Shown: piece by piece, positions 23,177 to 32,875 of the stretch
Numbering within the stretch: position 1 is the stretch's first letter
How the letters are laid out: the number at the start of each line of letters is the position of its first letter
Assembly: GCA_965218295.1 (NCBI GenBank)
Contig: CBDCKN010000013.1
Location: 448,001-512,000, forward strand
Direction of reading: 5' to 3'
Origin: Longimicrobiales bacterium
GTDB taxonomy: Bacteria > Gemmatimonadota > Gemmatimonadetes > Longimicrobiales > Gaopeijiaceae
DNA length: 64,000 bases
Notes under the pieces: model-generated
The model's database searches: none
What the model saw: the letters and a program-made list of their open reading frames with translations, nothing else
What the model was told of the DNA's origin: nothing
Made by a program: the position numbers and the translations under genes

Positions 23177-23776
23177 CTACGTGAACATTCTCGGGAGAAA
23201 ACGTCCTGTGCGTTTCATATAGTCGCGATACTCATCTCCGAATTCTTCGACCAGGTTGGCTTCTTCCTGAGGTATGCGGATGAGGAGAAACACCATCATC
23301 ACTCCAAGGAGTACCATGAAAATCCACTTGGCGGATAGCAGGCCCATGCTCAACCAAAACGTGCTTCCGGCGCTATAGAGAGGATGTCTCACCCAATGGT
23401 ATGGGCCGGTTGTCACGAGGGCATGATCGGCGCGCGTCTTGTGGGTGGGGGTGATGTTGCGTCCAATGTGTTTGAACAGCCAGAAGAAGCAACTGATCAT
23501 CATTACGGCAATTGCGCCGCCTAAGATGCGTACCCACACGGGAATACTAAATGATGCCCACTGAACCCACGCGGGGTTGATGGCGTAGGCCACGATGAAC
23601 GACAGCATCGACAGCATAAACGTCAGGCGAAACAGAATGAAGGGGATACCACCGCCCCCTTCGAGAAGGTCTTCGCTGCTCTGTCTCGCCGCCTTCGATC
23701 GGAAATAGATGCTGATTGATATCGCAGAAACGAAGAGCAGCGTTGTCGCTGTGCTATAGAGTCTTTCGTTTTCCAT
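23177..23776 (-). CDS. Isoprenylcysteine carboxyl methyltransferase (ICMT/PEMT)-family membrane protein
   Basis: 'LVTTGPYHWVRHPLY', 'EEANLVEEFGDEYRDY'; TM helices. Confidence 0.9.
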   Translation of the reverse strand: MENERLYSTATTLLFVSAISISIYFRSKAARQSSEDLLEGGGGIPFILFRLTFMLSMLSFIVAYAINPAWVQWASFSIPVWVRILGGAIAVMMISCFFWLFKHIGRNITPTHKTRADHALVTTGPYHWVRHPLYSAGSTFWLSMGLLSAKWIFMVLLGVMMVFLLIRIPQEEANLVEEFGDEYRDYMKRTGRFLPRMFT

Positions 23777-24298
23777 GAGGCGAGTATGACGGAAGGAAGT
23801 CCAACCGATGTACCGGCTGAGAAGGCATGGTACGTCGGGGCGAGGCAGGCGACAACGAGCGTGGGAGGTCGGGGGTCGAGGAGCGCATTTTCATGGTGAC
23901 CAACTGGTTCGAGGAACTCAAGGCACGGGTGCCCAATTGACCCGCCCGGTCCCCTGGCTTCGCGTCTTCGTGGAAGGCGTGGTGATCGTCGGCAAACTGG
24001 AGAATTAGCGGCCTCGCATCAGTCCCATCCAGCCATCGCCCAACCTCAGCATCACCCATAGCTGAGCGCATGGCACCTGCTGCTTGCGCCTCCCGGCCCG
24101 CTCTCGGATGTTGACCACGGTCTGATCCTAGGCGCTGCTCGATGGGGGGGGTTCCGTGAAGAAGAAGGCTGTCTCCCACACGGAGGACGTGACCATGCAT
24201 AAAGCAGTTCATCTGGGGATGCTCTTCCTCGCCTATGGTAGGGCGGGGCATCTCGCCCTAGGTCTTTTGATTGACACCATCTTCAGGAGGGCTTCCCT

Positions 24299-25888
24299 AT
24301 GTTCCCCCTGACGGAACCGCCCAGGCTCGTGCTAGCCCTTGCACTCCTTGTCACGGCCGGATGTTCTGATACTAGGCCACAAATGAAGAACTTGACGCAT
24401 GAGGACCCGATTGTCCGGCGGACCGCTGCGGATGCCTTGAGACAAATGGGACCGGACGCTGGGGAGGCTGTGCCTCATCTCATCGAAGCATTGGCGGATA
24501 GAGATGTGACAGTGCAGGAGGCCAGCAGGAGAGCTCTCGCGAGCATCGGCGCAGCGGCCGTGCCCGGTCTCATCGAGGCGCTGCAAGACCCCGAACCTGA
24601 GACATCTAACGCGGCGCTCATCGCGAACTTTGCTGTCGCGAAGATCTTGGGGAGCATTGGTACACCGGCCGTGGCAGGTCTTATCGAGTTGCTCCGGGAT
24701 AAGGATTCGCGCGCCCGCTCATGGTCCGTAATCGCGTTACGTCGCATCGGGCCGGACGCGGCGAATGCTGTTCCCCATCTCATCGGGATTCTTGCGAATA
24801 ACGACGAGTCGGAAACACTGCGCATGGATGTTGCTGGTGCCTTGGGGGACATGGGTCCGGACGCCAGGGCGGCCGTCCCCTCCCTCATCCAAGCGTTAGA
24901 GGACGCAGCTTCGATCCGGGGGCCAGGCGCTGACGCCCTACGACACTACACTGCCCAAGCACTAGGCCAGATTGGTCCGGACGCTAACCTGGCCATACCT
25001 GCTCTCAGAAAGTTACTGGGTCATCGAAGCGAAAGAGTGCGCACATCGGCAGCCGTTGCCCTGGCATTCATTAGCCCAGATGCGGGATACGGTGTCGATG
25101 AATCGAAAAGATTGATCACGGTCCTCGGGGAGGCGCTTTCTTCAGAGAACAGTCCGGAGATCCATGAGCGGATTCAGCAGGCAAGTGACCTTTTGAACCG
25201 TAGGGTTACCGAGTCCGAGACGACCGACCTAGAGGCCCAAGTGTTAGAGCTCAGCCTTGCCGTTATCGAGGACAGCCGTATGGCTGCCCTTCGAATTCTC
25301 AGGACTCACAACCCACCGGCAGAAGCGATATCCGCCCTGTGCAATGTACTACAACGGGAGAACGTAGCGCCTCCGAGAGACGACCAGGGACTAAAGGTGT
25401 TTGCTGCGCTCGTGACCGGGGTTCTCTTCGTCGCTGTCTTGAATGATCACCCCGATCAAGACCTTGAGCCTCTCGTTGCCGATTGCGTGCTCGGTACGGC
25501 GCAGTTGCTCGACGCGCGTGGAGATATCCGGCGCCCGCCAGGTAACCGCCAGTTTGCTCTTCTTGTCGCCATGGTTGCAAACCTGCTGGCAGAAAACCAT
25601 CCCGCTTCCATTATCAACTTTCGAGGTGAACTCGGAGGGTCTGGCGGTATACCTAGCGGGAACATGATCGAACTAGTGTATGAGTGGTTGGCCACGAGCC
25701 CAGAGCTAGACGTAGGACCGCTACAGGAAGCGTTTCACGAAGCATTAGCGGACGATTCTCGTCCAGATAGAAGATTCCTATGCAGGCTGGAGCTTCTGAC
25801 CGAAGGTGAGGCACAAGACTTCGTGAATGAAGCGTGTGCTGAGCGGGTAGGGATCCGGCCGCACCGATGGCCCCCATCTCATCGATAG
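24299..25888 (+). CDS. HEAT-repeat lipoprotein
   Basis: Lipobox 'VTAGC'; recurring 'ALG.IGPDA..AVP.LI.AL' HEAT units. Confidence 0.85.
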   Translation: MFPLTEPPRLVLALALLVTAGCSDTRPQMKNLTHEDPIVRRTAADALRQMGPDAGEAVPHLIEALADRDVTVQEASRRALASIGAAAVPGLIEALQDPEPETSNAALIANFAVAKILGSIGTPAVAGLIELLRDKDSRARSWSVIALRRIGPDAANAVPHLIGILANNDESETLRMDVAGALGDMGPDARAAVPSLIQALEDAASIRGPGADALRHYTAQALGQIGPDANLAIPALRKLLGHRSERVRTSAAVALAFISPDAGYGVDESKRLITVLGEALSSENSPEIHERIQQASDLLNRRVTESETTDLEAQVLELSLAVIEDSRMAALRILRTHNPPAEAISALCNVLQRENVAPPRDDQGLKVFAALVTGVLFVAVLNDHPDQDLEPLVADCVLGTAQLLDARGDIRRPPGNRQFALLVAMVANLLAENHPASIINFRGELGGSGGIPSGNMIELVYEWLATSPELDVGPLQEAFHEALADDSRPDRRFLCRLELLTEGEAQDFVNEACAERVGIRPHRWPPSHR

Positions 25889-26214
25889 AGGTGAACGGTG
25901 AGCCCGTGTTTGGCGTGGGAGTCGACGCACAGACTCGTTGCTCCCACTGGCGGGGACGACACGACACCATCGCCCTGCGGATGAAGTGTTGCGAGCGATG
26001 GATGGCGTGCTTCGAGTGCCATCGAGAGTGCACCGACCACCCCGCGGAGGTATGGTCTATTCACGAACGTGATCAGCGAGCCGTATTATGTGGATCATGT
26101 GGGGAGACGCTGACGATCTCCGAGTACCTCAATGCGTTGTCCTGCCTCCATTGTAGGACACGCTTCAACCCAGGGTGCGCCGATCACTACCACCTGTACT
26201 TCGAAATCGAGTAG
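25867..26214 (+). CDS. CHY zinc-finger protein
   Basis: 'TRCSHW', 'KCC...ACFECH', 'VLCGSC', 'CLHC...FNPGC..H'. Confidence 0.85.
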   Translation: MAPISSIEVNGEPVFGVGVDAQTRCSHWRGRHDTIALRMKCCERWMACFECHRECTDHPAEVWSIHERDQRAVLCGSCGETLTISEYLNALSCLHCRTRFNPGCADHYHLYFEIE

Positions 26215-26254
26215 CAGGCGAAGCAGAGACCGGCTTGATCAACGAGGGGTTTGC

Positions 26255-26845
26255 ATGCAGCTAGACCTTGGAAGTGCCGCGAGAGACTTTGCCCTCCTCC
26301 CAGTTGTGGAGGACCGCCGTGCGCGTATCGGCCTCGCCATTGTAACCTTCGTGGTGGCCACCAGCTTCGGTGCCCACGTGGCCGTGCCGCTTCCCTGGAC
26401 TCCGGTTCCGATGACCCTCCAGCCCCTCTTCGTGATCCTGGCCGGTGCAGTGCTGGGTCCGCGCCTCGGCGCGGCCGCTATGGCCACCTACCTGGCAGTG
26501 GGTATGGGGGGTGCACCGGTTTTTTCACAAGGACACGCGGGTATAGGCTGGCTGCTTGGGCCGACCGGCGGATACCTGATCTCTTATCCGGCGGCGGCCT
26601 ACGTCAGTGGACTTCTGGCCGGTAAGGCTTCATCGAGTGCACTTCGCCTCTTTGGGGCGTTGAGCGCAGGCATGCTGATCATCTACGTGGGGGGGACCGC
26701 ACAGCTTGCGCTTCTGACCCAGTTGGATCTGCGGGCGGTCATGGCTCTGAGTGTTCTGCCCTTCCTGGGAGGCGACCTCGCCAAGGTGCTGATCGGTGTA
26801 ATCGTCGCAAAGAGGGTGCGGCCCACCAGCCTTGCCCGACTTTGA
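26255..26845 (+). CDS. bioY: Biotin transporter BioY
   Basis: 'PVPMTLQ', 'GAPVFS', 'GPTGGYLISY', 'PFLGGDLAK'. Confidence 0.93.
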   Translation: MQLDLGSAARDFALLPVVEDRRARIGLAIVTFVVATSFGAHVAVPLPWTPVPMTLQPLFVILAGAVLGPRLGAAAMATYLAVGMGGAPVFSQGHAGIGWLLGPTGGYLISYPAAAYVSGLLAGKASSSALRLFGALSAGMLIIYVGGTAQLALLTQLDLRAVMALSVLPFLGGDLAKVLIGVIVAKRVRPTSLARL

Positions 26846-27257
26846 GTCGCTGAAGCCCCCCTACTCCCCGCGCAACGCCACCAGCGGATCCACCTTGCCC
26901 GCCCGCCTGGCCGGGACGTAGCCCGCGAGGATCGCGACTCGGACGCGTTGCGACTGAACAGAATGCGTCTCCAAGTCGATTTGGCGCCAGACCCTGGGAT
27001 CGATCTACTAGGGTTGTGACGGACCCCAGCGGGAGGAGGAGAGAAGTGAGCGAGTTGGTAAACGTTCAAGGCGAGCCAGACCCCGATCCCATCGACGCAC
27101 TGATCGAGCAGGTGGCACGACGGCGACAGCCGGATGTTCCGTTATACATCACGGCGGCGAAGGTCTACCGCGAAGGAATTGACACCCTTGACCCCGTGAC
27201 GGTACCCCTGCGGGTGCCCACGGCTGTCAAGACACTGTTCACGGTGACTTCCTTTTC

Positions 27258-27336
27258 TCAGGAGTGCAGATGAAAGACCTTGTTCATGATCTTCCACTCC
27301 CCGTCGATTTTGAGCAGGGTGAAGTCGAGGTTGTCC
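27258..27336 (-). pseudogene. C-terminal fragment of an NTF2-like (Lumazine_bd_2) protein
   Basis: Hand translation DNLDFTLLKIDGEWKIMNKVFHLHS*. Confidence 0.5.
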
Positions 27337-27697
27337 AAAATGACTCATAACCCACGCTGTCTGGGTGACGGTTCGTTGATCTGGAGTCCCTCATGTCACT
27401 GAGAGAGGGCCTGCGCAATGGCATGACGGCGTTCATGGCCGCGGCCATCACCTTTCTTGTCCTCGAGCTGGGCCTGAGGCTGTATCATGGGGAGGTCTTC
27501 GACTTCGTCAGCGAGCTTCGCCCAACTCCCAATCTCGCGCACACGTCGCGCGCAGACTACCATCCACGACCAGACGTGGCCCCGATACAGCGGCCTCAGC
27601 CGGATGCACGATCCGTCGTTGAGCCACAGCCGACCTCGCTTCGGCTGCCGCTGCGGGACCTTCAGCCCCTCCTGCCTCCAGATCCGCTCCACCCGCT

Positions 27698-28928
27698 TGT
27701 GCTGAGACGGTATTCACCTGACAGTTGACCACGAGAGAGGACGGTGGCCAGCCGCCCTCGCCGGAGCTAATTGAGAGATGTCGAAGTCACTCACTTAGCA
27801 CGGGAGAGAAGATGACCACCGTCCAGGGGGAGAAGATAGCGCGCCGCAAGCTGAGCCTGCTACAGTTGGCCCAGGAGCTCGGCAACGTGAGCAAGGCGTG
27901 CAAGATCGTGGGCTACAGCCGGCAGCAGTTCTACGAGATCAGGAGGAACTTCCAGCTTTACGGGGCCGAGGGGCTGATCGACCAGCTTCCGGGGCCGAAG
28001 GGACCGCACCCGAACCGGGTGAGTGAAGAGATTGAGCAGGCGGTCTTGGCCCACGCCTTGGAGGCTCCGACGCACGGAGCTCAGCGGGTCGCGGACGAGT
28101 TGCTGCTCGGAGGGATCCAGGTGAGCTCAGGAGGCGTACGGGGCGTGTGGAGCCGGCATGGCCTCACCACGAAGCACGAACGGCTGCTCAGGCTCGAAGA
28201 GACGGCCAGGGAACGGAAGCTGAAGCTGACCGACGAGCAGATCGAGCTGCTGGAGCGCTTCAGTCCCGAGTTCCGGGAGCGCCACATCGAAGTCCATTAC
28301 CCGGGCGACCTCGTCGCCGTGGACACGTTCTTCGTCGGAACGCTGAAGGGGGTCGGCAAGGTGTACCTGCAGACCGTGCTCGATTGCTTCAGCCGCTACG
28401 CCTGGGGCCGGCTCTACACGAGCAAGCTCCCGCTCACGGCGGTGCAGGTGATGAATAACGACGTGTTGCCGTTCTTCGATGAGCACCGGGTCCGGGTGAA
28501 GACCGTGCTCAGCGACAACGGCCGCGAGTTCTGCGGCCGTCCGGACCGTCACCCATATGAGCTGTTCCTTCAGCTCGAGGACATCGAGCACCGCACGACG
28601 AAGGTGGGCAGGCCCCAGTCCAACGGCTTCATCGAGCGCTTCCACCGCACGCTCCTCGACGAGCACTTGAGGGTGAAGGGCCGCACCACCTGGTACGAGA
28701 CCGTCGAGGAGATGCAGCAGGACCTCGAGGCGTATCTGGAGACCTACAACCGGAAGCGGCCGCACCGCGGTCGAGCCATGGAGGGCCGCACGCCCTATCA
28801 GGTCTTCAAGGCCGGTCTCACCGACGCCAGGAAGGCCGCAAAGGCCAGGAAGGAGGAGGCTAAGACGAAGGCAGCCTAGACACAGCTCCGGCGAGGGCCA
28901 ACTGTCAGGTCATTACCATCTCTGTACA
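27698..28928 (+). mobile_element. IS481-family element, copy 1 (1231 bp, 7-bp TSD ACCCGCT)
   Basis: TGT...ACA termini with imperfect IRs; ACCCGCT at 27691-27697 and 28929-28935. Confidence 0.95.
27812..28879 (+). CDS. IS481-family transposase
   Basis: 'GNVSKACKIVGYSR', 'VDTF', 'SDNGREF', 'SNGFIERFHRT'. Confidence 0.95.
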   Translation: MTTVQGEKIARRKLSLLQLAQELGNVSKACKIVGYSRQQFYEIRRNFQLYGAEGLIDQLPGPKGPHPNRVSEEIEQAVLAHALEAPTHGAQRVADELLLGGIQVSSGGVRGVWSRHGLTTKHERLLRLEETARERKLKLTDEQIELLERFSPEFRERHIEVHYPGDLVAVDTFFVGTLKGVGKVYLQTVLDCFSRYAWGRLYTSKLPLTAVQVMNNDVLPFFDEHRVRVKTVLSDNGREFCGRPDRHPYELFLQLEDIEHRTTKVGRPQSNGFIERFHRTLLDEHLRVKGRTTWYETVEEMQQDLEAYLETYNRKRPHRGRAMEGRTPYQVFKAGLTDARKAAKARKEEAKTKAA

Positions 28929-29036
28929 ACCCGCTTGTGGTTCACCCCCCAGCCCTCGATGCGGAGCATGTCCGTGACGCGTCGGTAGCCGTAGCGGCCG
29001 AATCGACTCGCAAGTCGCACGATCGTGGAAGTAGGT

Positions 29037-31268
29037 TCATGTGCGTGCGAGCACCTGTTCGAACCACAGGATGGCTGCCTCGCCCTCTTTTCGCGTAACC
29101 TCGTCAACAGATCGACTGTGGCGTATGCCGTTTCGTAGTTCTGCCAATTGGCCGAACTTCGCCGACAGCGTCTCCTTGTTCACGAATATATTCTCAAAAC
29201 CCTGCCAGAGTCTCTTGCTGAGGATCGTATCCTGCAACTCTCTCAGATCACAGTACTCAAGACGCCGGCTCAACTGTTTGTACTGATCGAGTTCGATGTT
29301 TGCATTCTTCTTTGCGGCAGCCTGGATGCGTTCATCAGCTTTCTGAAGCACGTGCGGTGGAAGCCGCTCAGCATCATCTTCGAGTGTTGTGACCACTTGT
29401 TCGCGGAGAGCCAACTCAATGCCTTCGACCCGCTCGTCCAACTCGCGTAGCTGGGGCGACAGATCGATCCTCTCCTTGATCAGCAGGTTCTCAATCGCCT
29501 CCAGCAACGTACGCTGGCGTTCAACAATGAAGGCCTCGTAGTCGTCTGCAGTGAACGGATTGCGCAACAGCACCTCCAGAGCCGCCGATGAGATGAAGTG
29601 CGACTCGAACATGCTGCGCACGGCGTTCTCTCCGTTTTGCTCGATCAACTCCGGCAAATATTCGTTCGGGAACCGGTCGCGAATGACGCCTCGATTCGTC
29701 TCGGCAGTGAGCGGCGTGCGGTTCAGAATGGAGTGGATCAACGCACCAGTTCCAAGGGCAGTAGCCTTCGATGCCGGGATGATGTGATGATCGTCCAGGT
29801 CACCGTGTTGAGGCACATTGCCGCTCATCCAGTCCCGCGCGCCCTGGATAACGAGCAAATTGAAGATGCCATTATAGACCGACGTTCCGCGCTTGACTTC
29901 ACGGCGAAGCTCTAAACTTCGGAAACGCATTCCAAATTCCTGGATCAGCCCTGGCTCGCTAGCGTCGTCATCCATCCAGGCCTTAAGGTCCAGGAAATCC
30001 CGGGCTGCGGTGGACTCGACAGAACCCGAATAGCGGTTCAGGAATACCGAGGCCCAGTACCAATACCGGACCTTGCGCTGCGCTTCGAGTCTCCGGTTGG
30101 CCGGCAATCCTCTGACGTGCTCTTGTACAGCAGAAAACACCGGGATAATCGAAACGTAGGGGAGGTAGTTCGAAGAGATCGCTCTGAACTCCTGAGGATG
30201 ACGCAAGAGCTTGATGGCCCTCTCAATCGCATCGACGGCATCGTTCCAACGATGCCTGAATGCCGACGTGTCAGCAACCAGCACTTCCTTGCGGCGCGTT
30301 CCATCCGGGTCGCGAACTGGTTTCTCTTGTCCGGGAAGAAGGAAGTAGAGGTACTTTGGCGAGCAGTACCCTTGCCTGAGAATCGACATCACCTGCAAGA
30401 TGTAGACATTCATCTTGTTCGAGTCGACGAACTCGAGGCGGGCGGCAGCGTCACGCCACATCTGCTTCAACCGCACACCCTTCGGTCTGAGCAACGCGTT
30501 GATGAGGTCGAAGGTGTCGAGCTGAGCACCTTTGCTGTTGATTTGCGTGAAAATATCGCAGACCTTGTCGATCCCGAGTTGCTGATCGAGTTCGATATAC
30601 GAAATCTGGTACTGCTCTGTAAGATTATGAAGGTACTCGCCGAACGCCTCCGCGTTTTCGGCATGCAGCACTGCCTGCTGGTGCAGGCTATCGTTGCCCG
30701 CCAACTCCCAGGCGGCGGCTACGTCACGCCAGTACTTTTCGTATCCCTGCACCCAGTTGGGTAGCGCGAAACGCTTTTCCCCGACAACGGCCAATGGAAA
30801 GACGTGGTCCGCATACTGCTGCTCACGATTCGTGATGAGCTTCGCCCAGCGTTTCGACCAATCGTACGCGAACGCATTGTCGTACTCCTCGGTCATGAAA
30901 CGGTCGACGTGAACGAAGTAGAAATACCGATTTACTCGATTGGGCAGAGCTTTATCGGGTGCCAGGAATGCGTAGTACATGGCCGTGAGTCGCTGCTGCC
31001 CGTCCAGCACGATGTATTCCGGCTTCCCTGAGCCTCCATAGCCATAGACTGGTTCACAGGACAACGCCGCGAAATTCTCCTCCTTGCCAGCCCAGAGCAA
31101 CAGGCTGCCGATGTAGTAGTCGAGAAAAATCGAGCGCATGAGATCGCGAACGTCCCATGGTTGCCACTCGAACTCGCGCTGGAAGTCGGGAATGACGAAC
31201 CGCCCTTCCCGCAAGCGTCCAATTAGAGTGTTTAGGCTGATGTGGTCAGGTTTCTGTGCATCTTTCAA
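29037..31268 (-). CDS. DUF262/GmrSD-family protein with HNH-like and C-terminal HEPN domains
   Basis: DUF262 motifs 'PDFQREFEW', 'VLDGQQRLT', 'FTQINSKG'; HNH-like 'DDHHIIP...ILNRTPL...N'; HEPN Rx4H motif 'LRNGIRH'. Confidence 0.85.
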   Translation of the reverse strand: MKDAQKPDHISLNTLIGRLREGRFVIPDFQREFEWQPWDVRDLMRSIFLDYYIGSLLLWAGKEENFAALSCEPVYGYGGSGKPEYIVLDGQQRLTAMYYAFLAPDKALPNRVNRYFYFVHVDRFMTEEYDNAFAYDWSKRWAKLITNREQQYADHVFPLAVVGEKRFALPNWVQGYEKYWRDVAAAWELAGNDSLHQQAVLHAENAEAFGEYLHNLTEQYQISYIELDQQLGIDKVCDIFTQINSKGAQLDTFDLINALLRPKGVRLKQMWRDAAARLEFVDSNKMNVYILQVMSILRQGYCSPKYLYFLLPGQEKPVRDPDGTRRKEVLVADTSAFRHRWNDAVDAIERAIKLLRHPQEFRAISSNYLPYVSIIPVFSAVQEHVRGLPANRRLEAQRKVRYWYWASVFLNRYSGSVESTAARDFLDLKAWMDDDASEPGLIQEFGMRFRSLELRREVKRGTSVYNGIFNLLVIQGARDWMSGNVPQHGDLDDHHIIPASKATALGTGALIHSILNRTPLTAETNRGVIRDRFPNEYLPELIEQNGENAVRSMFESHFISSAALEVLLRNPFTADDYEAFIVERQRTLLEAIENLLIKERIDLSPQLRELDERVEGIELALREQVVTTLEDDAERLPPHVLQKADERIQAAAKKNANIELDQYKQLSRRLEYCDLRELQDTILSKRLWQGFENIFVNKETLSAKFGQLAELRNGIRHSRSVDEVTRKEGEAAILWFEQVLART

Positions 31269-31308
31269 TGAGGGTGTCCTAAGTTTAGTTGGAATTTGAA
31301 GTGACCGC

Positions 31309-32875
31309 CCCTCTCTGCCAACTTACGTGAGACACGGAGCAGCTAAGGAATTAGAGTAGGGCGAAGGCAGAGAAACCGAGGATGCTGAGACACCGAGAGA
31401 GAATGAAAGAGAATGGAATAGCCCCACCAACCTGGGACGGTAAGCGAAGCGCGGCAGCTCCTGCGGACTCGGAGGTGGTAGATAGGCCGCTGCGCCGGCG
31501 GTTCGCTCCGTCGTACAAGCTGCGGATCGTCGAAGAAGCGGACCGGTGCACGGAGCCCGGAGAGGTTGGCCGACTCCTACGGCGGGAGGGCTTGTACTCG
31601 TCGCACCTGACGACATGGCGCAAGGCGGCGCATAGCGGGTCCCTGAAAGCGCTGTCGAAGAAACGAGGCCGTAAGCGCGAGCGCAATCCGCTGGAGGAGA
31701 AGGTGCGCAAGCTGGAGCGCGAGAACACTCGCCTCGAGAAGGAGCTCCAGAAGGCGCACTTGATCATCGACGTCCAGGGAAAAGTTGCAGGGCTGCTGGG
31801 ATTGAGCCTCGAGGACGGGACGAACTCATGAAGGCGACCCAGGAGCTAGCCAAGCACGTAGGGGTGAAGCCCGCGTGCGATGCGCTCAGGGTGCCGCGAG
31901 CCACGTTCTACCGTCGTCGGAGGCCATCGACCGGGCATCAGCAGCCCCGCCCGACCCCCGCCCGGGCCTTAAGCGAGAAGGAACGAGACAAGGTCTTCGA
32001 CACGCTGTGTTCGGAGCGGTTCGTGGACCGGTCCCCAGCCGAGGTGGTGGCGACGCTGCTCGACGAGGACGTCTACCTGTGCAGCGAGCGTACGATGTAT
32101 CGCGTTCTGGCTTCCCAGGTGCCGGTTCAGGAGCGTCGAGCGCAGCGGAGTCATCCCAAATACCAGAAACCCGAGTTGATGGCGAGGGGCCCGAACCAGG
32201 TCTGGTCCTGGGATATCACCCGGCTGCTGGGGCCGAAGAAGTGGAGTTACTTCTACCTCTACGTGATCCTGGACATCTTCAGCCGCTACGTCGTGGGATG
32301 GATGGTGGCGGATCGGGAGAACTCTGCCCTGGCCAGCCGGCTGATCCAGCAGAGTTGCTTGAAGCATGGCGTCCAGCCCCACCTCCTGACCCTGCATTCC
32401 GATCGAGGGGCTCCGATGACGAGCCAATGCACGGCTCAACTACTCGCCGATCTCGGCGTGACCCGCTCGTTGGGCCGACCCCAGGTCTCGGATGACAATC
32501 CGTTCTCCGAGGCTCAGTTCAAGACCTTGAAGTACCATCCCTCGTTTCCCGGCCGGTTCGGGGATCAGGGGCAAGCCAAGACCTTCTGTCGCTCGTTCTT
32601 CCGTTGGTATAATGCCGAGCACCGCCATGGCGGCATCTCGATGCTGACCCCCGAACAGGTCCACTTCGGTCACGCCGATCGGATCATCGCCTGCAGGAAG
32701 GCCGTGCTCCGTGAGGCATGGGCCGCTCATCCCGAGCGCTTCGTCTCCGGTGAGCCGAAGCCTAAACCACTCCCGGAGGCCGTCTGGATCAATCCTCCCA
32801 CCCCATCCCTCACTACACAGGAGATTGCTCTCTAATTGATTTCCAAGAGTGTCTCACTGGCGTTGACAGGTTCCG
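31309..32875 (+). mobile_element. IS3-family element, copy 3 (orfA 31382-31831, orfB 31828-32835)
   Basis: Full length; carries a divergent patch at ~31921-32005. Confidence 0.95.

Larger units (their letters stand above)
27565..29030 (-). pseudogene. IS3-family (IS407-like) orfB remnant split by IS481
   Basis: 'RFGRYGYRRVTDMLRIEGWGVNHKRV' (28929-29030) continues as 'ERIWRQEGLKVP...HVWS' (27565-27697). Confidence 0.85.
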
